From positions 37,524-101,523 of IMG/VR virus record IMGVR_UViG_3300028610_001072: a DNA stretch of 64,000 nt. One strand, given 5' to 3'. This DNA is from a virus. Every line of letters begins with the position of its first letter. Positions within the stretch are counted from its first letter, which is position 1. Both the position numbers and the translations under genes were made by a program. The notes beneath the pieces are model-generated. The model searched no databases, was not told the DNA's origin, and saw only the letters and a program-made list of their open reading frames with translations. This document shows positions 39,505-48,591 of this stretch, piece by piece.

Positions 39505-39957
39505 TTATGGGAAATGGGGTTGGAAGTGGTTCAGTGCCTGATACACCAAGTTTTGCATCTTGACAAATAGGTGGTGTGATTCAATGCTGAGCTGTACTCC
39601 AGCGAAGGGGATGTTGCGGATTGCTATCAATGCCGTAGCCAGTTTTGGGGCTGACTTCCGCAGACACTTGAGCGTACACCAGTAGCCGATGCCGTGGATA
39701 CCGTACTCGATTGAGTTCAGTTCCACGTTACTGGTTTCGTTGTTGATCTTCACCCGGACCCGCTTGAGCAGGACCTTGCCACAGGTCAGGCAGTGCCGTG
39801 GTGGAGCTTCCATCCGGGCCAGTTTTTCCAGCTCCGCCTGCTTGGGATATTTGATCGTGGGTTTATATGGACTCCGGCCCTCTTCCATAACCCCGATGAC
39901 ATGCCGGTTGTCTACCAATGGGAAAACTTCATTATCCCAGTAGTTGGTTTTACTCAT
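39505..39957 (-). CDS. Hypothetical protein with Cys motif (CxxC...CxxxC)
   Basis: HCLTCGK...WCTLKC. Confidence 0.55.
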   Translation of the reverse strand: MSKTNYWDNEVFPLVDNRHVIGVMEEGRSPYKPTIKYPKQAELEKLARMEAPPRHCLTCGKVLLKRVRVKINNETSNVELNSIEYGIHGIGYWCTLKCLRKSAPKLATALIAIRNIPFAGVQLSIESHHLFVKMQNLVYQALNHFQPHFP

Positions 39958-40780
39958 TCCAGCCAATCCTTTCTGACTGCTGCTTGGAGATTTCCATCCA
40001 GCCTTCCGGTATCTCAGTTTCCATGATGTTGTAAGTCAACCGTGGATCGGCTGTCCATTCGATACCGCGCACCTTGCAATCATAGAGCAATATGTCGATC
40101 AGCTCTGTCAGGTCATCGTACAGCATCCCTCGATCTAGGGGATACCTCAACTCCAATGGCTTCCCGTTGGAGCGTTGCACCTGCACCCTGCCTTCCCACT
40201 GATCCCCCCATGCCCATACTTCGAGCAGGGTGGCGCTTTGCTCCAGCGGGTACAGGGTCAATGCTCCGGGACTGTGTATATCCATCCGGGCCAGCATTTC
40301 TTTATCGTAGCTGATGCCGCACTGATCCAATAGCCATGTCATTCCTGTGAAGCCGGTCCCTTGAAATCCAATCCCAAAGCCGGACAGGCTTATGATGCTG
40401 CCATCAGCGCCATGCACTTGGGTTTCGGTTTGCACCATTTCTCCATCCCAACTGATCGTAACCTGCTGGATCGGGTAGACAAGATGCCGGTTCTCCTGAA
40501 ACACCCTCTCGGATTTTCTGGTCTCTCCCGAGCCGTCGTCATCGATGTAGGTTAAGGTTTGCAGGTCCTCTTCCATGCCCGTACATATTGCACATCCCCC
40601 GGCGAGGATCAGGAAGCCGCCGGGTTTGCAGCGTTCCATCCAGCCCCGCAACTCTTCACGCTCAGGGGCGGTTGCCCGCTCCAGCAATGCCTTGATCTCA
40701 TCGCCGGACCATTGCCATTTCTGGGTCATCCCTATGCTGAAGACGAATGCGAAGGTCTTGTGTTGATTCATCTCATTCAT
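39950..40780 (-). CDS. Hypothetical protein
   Basis: 276-aa ORF coupled to its neighbours. Confidence 0.6.
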   Translation of the reverse strand: MNEMNQHKTFAFVFSIGMTQKWQWSGDEIKALLERATAPEREELRGWMERCKPGGFLILAGGCAICTGMEEDLQTLTYIDDDGSGETRKSERVFQENRHLVYPIQQVTISWDGEMVQTETQVHGADGSIISLSGFGIGFQGTGFTGMTWLLDQCGISYDKEMLARMDIHSPGALTLYPLEQSATLLEVWAWGDQWEGRVQVQRSNGKPLELRYPLDRGMLYDDLTELIDILLYDCKVRGIEWTADPRLTYNIMETEIPEGWMEISKQQSERIGWNE

Positions 40781-42230
40781 TCGTCATTTCCTTTATTGAA
40801 AATCCTAAGTGACTGTCGTTATTCTTCATCACTTCGAGCACCAGCAGATTCATTATCTTGCCAGTCACCCGCAGTAATTCTTTTTGCCAGCCCTCGTCGT
40901 GAGCGATCCCTTTTTCGTGAGAGAACTCATGTGCCAGCAGGGACATGAACCAGTAGGGGTCCGCCTCTGCTGCACCGGGCATGAAATGGGCTATGTTGAT
41001 CACCAATGTTTTACTGCCTCGCACATATCCAGCTTGTATTGTTGCTCTACCTTCGCGGATAAAGTCCACCGATAAAGCAGCATCAAATGGGTAGAGGTTT
41101 CTCCAAACGTACCGGGCTGCCCGGTCCATGATGGTCATGTGCTCATCCCATTCATGTCGATCTATTGGATCAACCGCTCTTCCGGCACTATTACCAAACT
41201 GGACACTGGAATGCTCCATACCTACATGCTCGAATCTGGTCCGCTCGCTGGGGGACATGGTTCTGGGGTGGATCACTTCCAGCCCTTTTTCCATTGCCAG
41301 TTGATTGGCTTCCAGATCGGATGACCAGAGTACAGCATTGCCGTAACGTTTTTGCCGGACCTTGCTTATGGTCTCATCAGTTACCATCTCGTCTTCGCTG
41401 GCAATCCGCACCCACTCGTCAGAGATGTCCTCTTCATCCATATCATCAATTGTGACCTCGAGAGCCAGCGCATAGACATCCCTGAGATAGCCACTGGAGA
41501 CGCTTTCGCGGTTAGGTGACAGGGGGATTTTCTGCATCACATTGATATGATGTCGGCTCTCGATAGGTTGGACCGGGATTCCCATTTCATAGAGCCACGG
41601 CTGCACTTGGATCGGGCAGTCATATAGCTCGATGGCGGTCTTCCGCTTGGTTGGCCGGATCGCACCATCGTTAAAAATCACGGTGGGCAGAGTTCCTTCG
41701 GTCTGGTATTCGACTGGCATTCTGTGCAAGGTCTTCCCATTCACCGCGAATGCGATCCCCGCCGGTGGTAAGAATAATCGCAGCATCTTTACCACTTCTT
41801 CAACCTCAGCCTTGGTCCAGTTGATGTGCGCTTGGATGAATGTCCCTTGAGGAGTTTTGAAAGCCTTCCCCTTTTTGACTACGCACTGGCGAGACTTCGT
41901 GAAAAATACCGATCCCTTGGTGGTCCTGATTTCCATATCATTTGCAATCGCAGCCAGCTCTTTTTCACCCAAATTGAACCGACCTCGGACACTAGGATCA
42001 CCCCGCTTGGGTGTGTGACCGAAAAGGGTGTAGGCATCTGCCAGATCGGCAAAGCCGGGACCGTCATCGATGATCCTGATCTCAGCTAATCTATTCCCTT
42101 CCTTTTCCACAGCCACGGAGCAGGTTTCAATATTTTCATCCCAAGCATTTGATACCAACTCCCGGACGAAATTCCATGCAGGTCTACCAGCTTGCAGCTC
42201 GGCAAAGCCTGCGGTATTTATCTTCAGCAT
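40773..42230 (-). CDS. GHKL (Hsp90/MORC-like) ATPase with C-terminal HExxH metallopeptidase-like motif
   Basis: RELVSNAWD, IIDDGPGF, RGRFNLGEK; LLAHEFSHEKGIAHDEGW. Confidence 0.8.
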   Translation of the reverse strand: MLKINTAGFAELQAGRPAWNFVRELVSNAWDENIETCSVAVEKEGNRLAEIRIIDDGPGFADLADAYTLFGHTPKRGDPSVRGRFNLGEKELAAIANDMEIRTTKGSVFFTKSRQCVVKKGKAFKTPQGTFIQAHINWTKAEVEEVVKMLRLFLPPAGIAFAVNGKTLHRMPVEYQTEGTLPTVIFNDGAIRPTKRKTAIELYDCPIQVQPWLYEMGIPVQPIESRHHINVMQKIPLSPNRESVSSGYLRDVYALALEVTIDDMDEEDISDEWVRIASEDEMVTDETISKVRQKRYGNAVLWSSDLEANQLAMEKGLEVIHPRTMSPSERTRFEHVGMEHSSVQFGNSAGRAVDPIDRHEWDEHMTIMDRAARYVWRNLYPFDAALSVDFIREGRATIQAGYVRGSKTLVINIAHFMPGAAEADPYWFMSLLAHEFSHEKGIAHDEGWQKELLRVTGKIMNLLVLEVMKNNDSHLGFSIKEMTNE

Positions 42231-42257
42231 AGGTACTTCCTTTCTGTTATACGTTAC

Positions 42258-42301
42258 AATACACCCAATATTTTTATCCCTACAAATGAGACTACGTGAA
42301 T
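42258..42301 (-). promoter_or_regulatory. Conserved promoter-like repeat, copy 2 (most diverged)
   Basis: ATTCACGTAGTCTCAT-TTGTAG-N18-TATTGT on the minus strand. Confidence 0.7.
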
Positions 42302-42312
42302 ATCAGTTACAT

Positions 42313-42355
42313 AAAATAAAACATCCCCCCTCGGTGGCCTGCCAAAGGGGGGATG
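42313..42355 (-). terminator. Intrinsic terminator
   Basis: CATCCCCCC...GGGGGGATG stem with TTTTATTTT tail on the minus strand. Confidence 0.7.
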
Positions 42356-42388
42356 CAAAGTCTCGAACCAATAGATACAGGTGATCGA

Positions 42389-42790
42389 CTAAGCCAGATA
42401 ACGCATGGTGTAACTAATTATAGCTTTCCTCGCGCCAAGTCCGTATGATGTCATATATCTATTATCTTCTCGCAGTTTCGTCTCGGGATACGACCAGAAT
42501 TCATGCTGGTGTCGTTCCGGTTTCGCTACTGAAAAGCTGCCTAACCCGGCAGTAGGTTGTAGCGTGTTGTCTAAGATAGAAGCAACAATTTCCTCTGCCG
42601 TGGTCGTTCTCTCAACCCCCCCTACTATTAGGTTCGCCGTGGTTCCATCCTCGAATACCACTTCGGCTATTGCGAGTGGGGCAAACTCAGCATCGACCAT
42701 GCTGAGTTCCGGCCCCCTGATCCAGCCTGCAAATGCGACTAACGCCACAATGAAGACCGTGATAATTCCGAGTATATATCTCATACTCAT
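42389..42790 (-). CDS. Hypothetical membrane-anchored protein
   Basis: N-terminal hydrophobic helix. Confidence 0.55.
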   Translation of the reverse strand: MSMRYILGIITVFIVALVAFAGWIRGPELSMVDAEFAPLAIAEVVFEDGTTANLIVGGVERTTTAEEIVASILDNTLQPTAGLGSFSVAKPERHQHEFWSYPETKLREDNRYMTSYGLGARKAIISYTMRYLA

Positions 42791-42892
42791 CTCCTGTTTT
42801 TTGGGTTTGTCTTACTGTCTTCGTAAGCCTCTGGAATCTAATAAATTTTTGGGGCCGAGAGCAAGTGCTCAACGGCCCCTTTACCACAGGGA

Positions 42893-43636
42893 TCAAGCGG
42901 CTACAACGGAAGCGAATTCGCCTTCGATGAAATATTCATGGAGCCGCTGGTGGTGCTCGATGATTTTGCCGGGTGGTGTCCGCTTCAATGCTGCTGTGAG
43001 AGCATTGTAGAGGCTCCATTTATTACGTGGCTCGAAGTCAACATGGGTGGGATTCTCCCATTCCTTCCGAGCTTCTGACATCATAGGATTGGTCAGTAGA
43101 CGCTCTCCGTAGAGTTCGCCCATTACCCGGTATGCACACAGATCACTGATGTTCACAGTGCGCATTTTGTTGGCATCTTCCACCACCGTCTCGAAGTTTA
43201 TCTCAGCCTGAGCGATCCTCTCCATAATTGCTTTTTCGAGGTCTTCCCAGACATTCGAGGTATGCTTGCGAGCATAGGTGATCCCACCGGACAGCGCCAG
43301 ATTGTCACAGACAAATATACTGGCACCGGCGGCCAGCCTAACCTGTAGGGATTTGTTGTAGCTGTTTACCAGCCCGACACACAATCCCATCACGTTATTG
43401 CCCTTGCCGTTTTTGAATCGTAAGTGAGCGAACAACTGATCGCCGTCCCGCGCCAGTCCAAAAGCTTCCGCTTCCAGTTTGACAGGTAGTACATCCTGCG
43501 TGATCTCGATCACCTTGTCCACCAGTAGATTGTGGGCCACTGGCTTGTAGGTGTCGGTCTCCGCCGGGAGTCCTACCGCAATGATTTCATCGCGGGTGGC
43601 TACTTTGCCGCCACAGTGCATCATTAATCCATCCAT
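42893..43636 (-). CDS. DUF932-like protein
   Basis: TDTYKPVAH, GLVNSYNKSL...FVCDNL, KWSLYNALT. Confidence 0.8.
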   Translation of the reverse strand: MDGLMMHCGGKVATRDEIIAVGLPAETDTYKPVAHNLLVDKVIEITQDVLPVKLEAEAFGLARDGDQLFAHLRFKNGKGNNVMGLCVGLVNSYNKSLQVRLAAGASIFVCDNLALSGGITYARKHTSNVWEDLEKAIMERIAQAEINFETVVEDANKMRTVNISDLCAYRVMGELYGERLLTNPMMSEARKEWENPTHVDFEPRNKWSLYNALTAALKRTPPGKIIEHHQRLHEYFIEGEFASVVAA

Positions 43637-43664
43637 AGGATTTTCTCCGTTTCGTTGTTGTGGT

Positions 43665-43979
43665 TTACTTGAATGCAGCCACGATCTTGGAAAGCTTCGC
43701 TTCCGTTAGATCGTTGATGCTTATTTCTATCCTGCCGAATGCGTCCATGACAATACCGCCTTTGCACTTCCGGCTTTTAGTTCCCGGTATTCCGAGTGCG
43801 AGCTCGAATTCGGATTTCTTCCAGACCTGCTTTGGCCTGATACCGAATGCCTTCTTTACTCGCTTCACTGATGCCGCGAATCTGTCCCATGTGATCGTGT
43901 CCTTTTTAACTCGCTGGACAGCTTCGTCATATAGGACCTGTCGATTTTGCAGGAGCCTTACAATCGCATTGGCCTGCAC
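43665..43979 (-). CDS. Hypothetical protein
   Basis: ORF in operon orientation; start uncertain. Confidence 0.45.
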   Translation of the reverse strand: MQANAIVRLLQNRQVLYDEAVQRVKKDTITWDRFAASVKRVKKAFGIRPKQVWKKSEFELALGIPGTKSRKCKGGIVMDAFGRIEISINDLTEAKLSKIVAAFK

Positions 43980-44039
43980 ATGGCGGGCACGGCTGCGATC
44001 AAAGGTGATCTCGTTGTCATTACCCCTACCCCAAATAGA

Positions 44040-44384
44040 TTACTGGAGTGTGTGGCTATATGGCTCAGTGATCTCTACTCGGGCTTCCCCGCTGATACGG
44101 GCAACTACTCGTTCCTGTCGATTGTTGTGGTTCCAGTTACGGCCAGCCGTCTCAAATGACAGGTGTAGTAATTGGTACAAGCGATCTTTTTTCGCGCTCT
44201 CGATCAGGGCGTACACAGCACGGTAGCCATCACGATGGCCGCCATACTCTTCATCGGTCCTGCGGAACTTGTACCGCTTGGCATCCTTGCCAAGATTCGT
44301 GATCATCCCATTGATGATCTCCCGGATGAGCTTGCGCTCTTTTGCCAGTTCCGGGGAACCGGCTCTGATTAGATTATCATTCAT
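44040..44384 (-). CDS. Hypothetical protein
   Basis: ORF with AGGGG RBS. Confidence 0.55.
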   Translation of the reverse strand: MNDNLIRAGSPELAKERKLIREIINGMITNLGKDAKRYKFRRTDEEYGGHRDGYRAVYALIESAKKDRLYQLLHLSFETAGRNWNHNNRQERVVARISGEARVEITEPYSHTLQ

Positions 44385-44469
44385 GTTGATGATCCCCTGT
44401 GAGTGAGAATCCGGGGAAGCGTCGGAATGTTTCAGATTCCAATGCGCCCCCCCCGAGTCTCGTTACGGC

Positions 44470-44685
44470 CTACTTCTTACGGTCCAGCGTCACGTCGGAC
44501 GCTCCCCGGTTTCGGCAGTATTGAATGCACCGTCTGAGGGTATCGGCTGAGAGGTCATCGCCACGCCTCTCGGCAAAGCCTATGGCTTGCTCATAGTGCG
44601 TGATCGCGGCTTCTACGCTACCTTCGTGTTTGATGGTTAATTCGGCTGCTATCTCGATGTTGGCCTTGGTTGGTTTTTTGGGCAT
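44470..44685 (-). CDS. Hypothetical protein
   Basis: First ORF after promoter repeat copy 3. Confidence 0.55.
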   Translation of the reverse strand: MPKKPTKANIEIAAELTIKHEGSVEAAITHYEQAIGFAERRGDDLSADTLRRCIQYCRNRGASDVTLDRKK

Positions 44686-44706
44686 TACCCCTTCCTTCCA
44701 CTTATA

Positions 44707-44752
44707 CTATACATCCAACATTTCAGTCCCTACAAATGAGACTGTGTGAATG
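44707..44752 (-). promoter_or_regulatory. Conserved promoter-like repeat, copy 3
   Basis: CATTCACACAGTCTCAT-TTGTAG-N18-TATAGT; overlaps the 3' end of the upstream ORF. Confidence 0.8.
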
Positions 44753-44983
44753 TAATTCACACTCATTGGGTGATAACAGGTTGAGAACTTCCTGCAATTC
44801 CTGATCGTTGTCGGGTTGCACTGTATATCCCCATGGGTGTTGCGACCATAGCACACCTATCTTGGATAGTCCTAACTGGTCAACAGTATCGCTGCCAGTA
44901 ATATCAACCACGACCTCTAAATCATTCATAATTGCGATGGTGTAGTCCTCCTCTGTAATACACCGTAGTTCTGTCTGACTCAT
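44723..44983 (-). CDS. Hypothetical acidic protein
   Basis: Start moved to ATG 44983 (GGAGG RBS). Confidence 0.5.
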   Translation of the reverse strand: MSQTELRCITEEDYTIAIMNDLEVVVDITGSDTVDQLGLSKIGVLWSQHPWGYTVQPDNDQELQEVLNLLSPNECELHSHSLICRD

Positions 44984-44999
44984 ATTGCCTCCGTGTGTT

Positions 45000-46001
45000 T
45001 TAGCAGGCTCTGACATCCAGAGCGTTATCAGCTTCTTCATTCAAGGTAATTGCACGATCCAGTAATTCGTCACGGTTGCCGATGTAGTTTCCTAATCTGT
45101 CCGTGATACCGTTCACCCGTGCCCATTGGCCCCATGCTACTTTCCGCCCCAGTCCAACAGTGGTATTGGTGCTGGGGAAACTGTCGGCGTCTCTCACCAT
45201 GTCTTCCCATGATGCGCCGAACTCTACTTCATCGTATCTGGAGTGATGCCCGGTAAGCGCTACATACTCCATATTCAATGCCCGCATAAACAGGTCCGGG
45301 TGCATGGCCGCGAGCCAAAACATTTCCCACTGCTTACTTGCCGGGCAGAAGAAACATGCACTTTTAATCGGGATCGGTAATCCTTCCTCAGTGATTGCTT
45401 TTACGCAATCCCTGCGATCCCAGCCAAGTTGCTGGAGTGGATACCGATACCTGAAATTTGTGTCAAATTTCTTCAAGCTCTTCGACCTGCGGATGTCCGC
45501 CTTGCCAGCATCATAGCCGATTAATTTTATCGGCTTTATGCCGCGCTTTTTGCACTCCGTCCAAACTGGGTGCGGGTCATACTGTATGAGACTCCGCTTG
45601 CTGGTTCCCATTATGAATTTATCCTGTGGTGTCTGCTTCCATTTCACTGAACAGCTTTTCATGCCAAAGGCCAAACTGGGTAAAGTCTCGTTGCTGATAC
45701 AATTTCCCTCGAGGTTGTTGTATGGCGTCTCTGGTTTCGTGGTCAGCTTGCATACCGTAGTCTTGGGGAAGCTTACGCTATCCAGCCAGTCATCCAGTAT
45801 TGCCAGTGCGTCATAGGTCTCGGGTTTTTCGCATTCCAGATCGGCAAAGGTGATTACTTCGGGCCTGATCTTTTTGCGGTTCATTGCTATGAGCATGGCG
45901 TAGGAATTGACTCCCACTCCATTACAAACTATCAAAGGTTCATTGGCGGGGAGCCTGATGTATCCCCGCCGTTTTTTCTTCTCAAATAATGCTGTCTGCA
46001 T
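45000..46001 (-). CDS. PAPS-reductase-like / PP-loop adenine nucleotide alpha-hydrolase
   Basis: Variant PP-loop CNGVGVNS, FADLECEKPETY, CSVKWK, YPL, KSACFFCP. Confidence 0.75.
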   Translation of the reverse strand: MQTALFEKKKRRGYIRLPANEPLIVCNGVGVNSYAMLIAMNRKKIRPEVITFADLECEKPETYDALAILDDWLDSVSFPKTTVCKLTTKPETPYNNLEGNCISNETLPSLAFGMKSCSVKWKQTPQDKFIMGTSKRSLIQYDPHPVWTECKKRGIKPIKLIGYDAGKADIRRSKSLKKFDTNFRYRYPLQQLGWDRRDCVKAITEEGLPIPIKSACFFCPASKQWEMFWLAAMHPDLFMRALNMEYVALTGHHSRYDEVEFGASWEDMVRDADSFPSTNTTVGLGRKVAWGQWARVNGITDRLGNYIGNRDELLDRAITLNEEADNALDVRAC

Positions 46002-46297
46002 TAGTTGCTGCGTTGCTTCGCGGCCTCAAGTTTCAGGTCGCGTGTTTTGATGTCAACCAACTTTTCTGCTGCTTCGGTCGCACTGTGCTTGCTGATGTAT
46101 CTATACAGGTTCAGGGCAAGCTTGCCGCCGGGATTCTTTTTTGCCCGACGTACAAGGGCAGTGGCAACCGCATCGCCGTCTCCCATCTCGAAGCACGTAT
46201 CGAAGGTCCGTGATGTATTTCGGCCCTTACTGATATACGATGCTGCAAGATTGACCCGGCCAGCAAAGTTGTCTGATTGATAAACTGCTGGTGTCAT
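46001..46297 (-). CDS. Hypothetical protein
   Basis: ORF with AGGAG RBS. Confidence 0.55.
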   Translation of the reverse strand: MTPAVYQSDNFAGRVNLAASYISKGRNTSRTFDTCFEMGDGDAVATALVRRAKKNPGGKLALNLYRYISKHSATEAAEKLVDIKTRDLKLEAAKQRSN

Positions 46298-46375
46298 GGT
46301 GATTCTCCTGTGGTTGTTATCGAAATCTTTCAGGGAAGAGGCGGTGACATTTCTGTCACCGCGCCCTCTATTGTT

Positions 46376-46657
46376 TTAGTGATCGCCTGCCGGTCCCAGC
46401 CTGTAGCCTTCGCACTGCACTCGAAAGCCTTGCCCACCAAGCAATCCCGTTTTCCGGTCATCCTCGATGTTTAAGCTGACTTGCGGTTTCGTGGCCGTGA
46501 AAAAGTCGATGGCCGCGATTGTCACGTCGATCTGTGGACCCAGCACAACTGCATCGATTTCAGCTCTCCAGTCTTCTGGATCACTGACATTATCGAATGC
46601 CTGTTTTAGTTCGCCTCGGGAAAATCCCGCATGGACGATCTCTGTCGCTTCGCTCAT
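46376..46657 (-). CDS. Hypothetical protein
   Basis: Start moved to ATG 46657 (AAGGAG RBS). Confidence 0.6.
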   Translation of the reverse strand: MSEATEIVHAGFSRGELKQAFDNVSDPEDWRAEIDAVVLGPQIDVTIAAIDFFTATKPQVSLNIEDDRKTGLLGGQGFRVQCEGYRLGPAGDH

Positions 46658-46742
46658 TGTGAGCTCCTTTCCCTGTGTTGAAAGTAGTGCGAGCATCGGA
46701 GATGAATCCGCTCGCGGCCTAACCGCTTGCTCGCTGTTGGTG

Positions 46743-46850
46743 CTATCCAACTATTGCATGGTATATCAGGATTACGACTGGTGCCGCTTTCGCTGCTATA
46801 CTCTCCCAAGGATGATGAATGAAAAACCGTTTGATCTGACTGTGCTTCAT
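46743..46850 (-). CDS. Small 35-aa ORF, first after promoter copy 4
   Basis: GGGAG RBS; MKHSQIKRFFIHHPWESIAAKAAPVVILIYHAIVG. Confidence 0.35.
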   Translation of the reverse strand: MKHSQIKRFFIHHPWESIAAKAAPVVILIYHAIVG

Positions 46851-46910
46851 TTCGCTATCTCCCTATGTGATTAGCATCGAGGGGGAAAACCTCTCCCCCT
46901 CTCACTAATA

Positions 46911-46956
46911 CTATACATCCAACATTTGAAAGCCTACAAACGAGACTGTGTGAACG
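46911..46956 (-). promoter_or_regulatory. Conserved promoter-like repeat, copy 4
   Basis: CGTTCACACAGTCTCGT-TTGTAG-N18-TATAGT. Confidence 0.8.
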
Positions 46957-46974
46957 TAATAACGCTGACAGGGG

Positions 46975-47220
46975 TTAACTAGGCTCTATGCCGTTGTGAC
47001 CCGGTTGAGAGTTATGCAGGCCGAAGTCGTCAATGATCTCATGCTCTGACATTTCGACATCGCTGCCGGTCACGACTAAGCTGGCTGTAAGTGCCTCAGC
47101 ACCTACCCGGCCCTTGGTGTCGATCTCGACTCGGTTATCGTCGTCGTCATAGACCACAACGCTGTACGCTTCGGAGCGGTCGCTCAGCATCCTGACGAGG
47201 ATTTTGGCTTGAATGCTCAT
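46975..47220 (-). CDS. Hypothetical protein
   Basis: ORF with AAGGAG RBS. Confidence 0.5.
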   Translation of the reverse strand: MSIQAKILVRMLSDRSEAYSVVVYDDDDNRVEIDTKGRVGAEALTASLVVTGSDVEMSEHEIIDDFGLHNSQPGHNGIEPS

Positions 47221-47375
47221 CGGTTAGACTCCTTCCTTCTTTGGTATTGAGTTTGAATAGGTGATAGTCAACCGTCCGATTGAACCACGTCCACGGTTTG
47301 TACCATTTTCGCTGTGGCACAAACTTATCGGAGAGGGTCGGATGGTCGCTCTTTACAACAATTCGCATGACTACC

Positions 47376-47606
47376 TCATAATCCGTGATTGGTTTCCAGC
47401 TCTTCTACCACTTCATCGGGTAGATAATCATTGGCGTCTCGGTCGATACAAATATAGGTTATACTATTTTTCTCAACCGCCGTCACAACGGGATATTCCA
47501 AAGGGTCTCTCATTCGCTGTAGCAGCGCCAGTGCAACCGGATTGTCCCCATCGCACTGTTGCAGAAAACCAATCAATTCCGTTGTGTTAATTTGATTCAT
47601 TGACAT
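47376..47606 (-). CDS. Hypothetical protein
   Basis: ORF with GGAG RBS. Confidence 0.5.
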   Translation of the reverse strand: MSMNQINTTELIGFLQQCDGDNPVALALLQRMRDPLEYPVVTAVEKNSITYICIDRDANDYLPDEVVEELETNHGL

Positions 47607-47616
47607 CGCTTTCTCC

Positions 47617-48591
47617 CTAAGATGGTCCGGCGGATTCTCCGAAAGCTCCCGCCGGTAGTTCCCATTGTCCTGTACCGATGATCGGCAGATCGTAAGTCAG
47701 TCCCTGTGAAATCTGGACCAACTCAGGATGATCCGCAACCGCTTGGTAAGGTGTTCCTTCAGCCACCATCTCCCGGACAGTTTTCGTCCTGTTGATGGTG
47801 TGCTCGAATTCGTCTTCGTACTGTGCGATCCGCTTCACTTTATCCGGAGCAATCGCGTTGTACGATGCCCACTGGTTAGGTGATCCGAATATGCACGTTG
47901 CACATGACAGCCGTCCCCAGCCAAGACGGTAAGCTGGGTGAGGTATGATGTTGTTCCCCTCGAGGATGTCCCATACCTTTTTTTCCTTCCACTTGTGGAC
48001 TGGCCGCCAGTGGTCAATATGGCGTTTGACTTTGCCATTTCGTAGATCAGCCCTGTCCGGCTCGAAGGTTTTATACTTCGCTCTGGCCGCTGACTCTTCT
48101 GCCCGTTCCCCAGTTACTGCCAAGGTCCGGGAATCTCGGAATCTCTCCTGATTTCTCAATGCCGCCGATGCTGGGTCTATCTTGCAATAGGCACTGCACC
48201 AGCGGGTTTTGAGATCGGCTGCCTGTTGGGGGAACATCCGGCGAGTTGATAACTTGCCACGATCCCCCCCAACAGTACAGCTACCACAGGGAGATTCAAA
48301 TGTGGTGGGTTTTGTGAGCGCATTTTCCCGGAGCATTTCCCCGAGAAATCCGTCCACTTTCCAACTGAAGTAAATCGGTAATCCGAGGGCTTGCGCGAAT
48401 GCTCGGCAATATGCCCCTGTGACCGGCCAATCCATAAAAGTCGGCCCCTGTCCATCAACTAAGTGATGCCAGAGCTCGAGCTTCGACGGATCGACTCCAA
48501 GGTCTAATAGGTGCAGGACCTCAGCGGTGGAATCCTTCCCACCGCTGTACATCGCTACAATCCTGTCGTATGAATTGAGATCGATTTTCAT
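47617..48591 (-). CDS. PAPS reductase family protein
   Basis: YSGGKDS, RWCSAYCKI, GERAEESAARA, HPAYRLGWGRLSCATCIF. Confidence 0.85.
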   Translation of the reverse strand: MKIDLNSYDRIVAMYSGGKDSTAEVLHLLDLGVDPSKLELWHHLVDGQGPTFMDWPVTGAYCRAFAQALGLPIYFSWKVDGFLGEMLRENALTKPTTFESPCGSCTVGGDRGKLSTRRMFPQQAADLKTRWCSAYCKIDPASAALRNQERFRDSRTLAVTGERAEESAARAKYKTFEPDRADLRNGKVKRHIDHWRPVHKWKEKKVWDILEGNNIIPHPAYRLGWGRLSCATCIFGSPNQWASYNAIAPDKVKRIAQYEDEFEHTINRTKTVREMVAEGTPYQAVADHPELVQISQGLTYDLPIIGTGQWELPAGAFGESAGPS

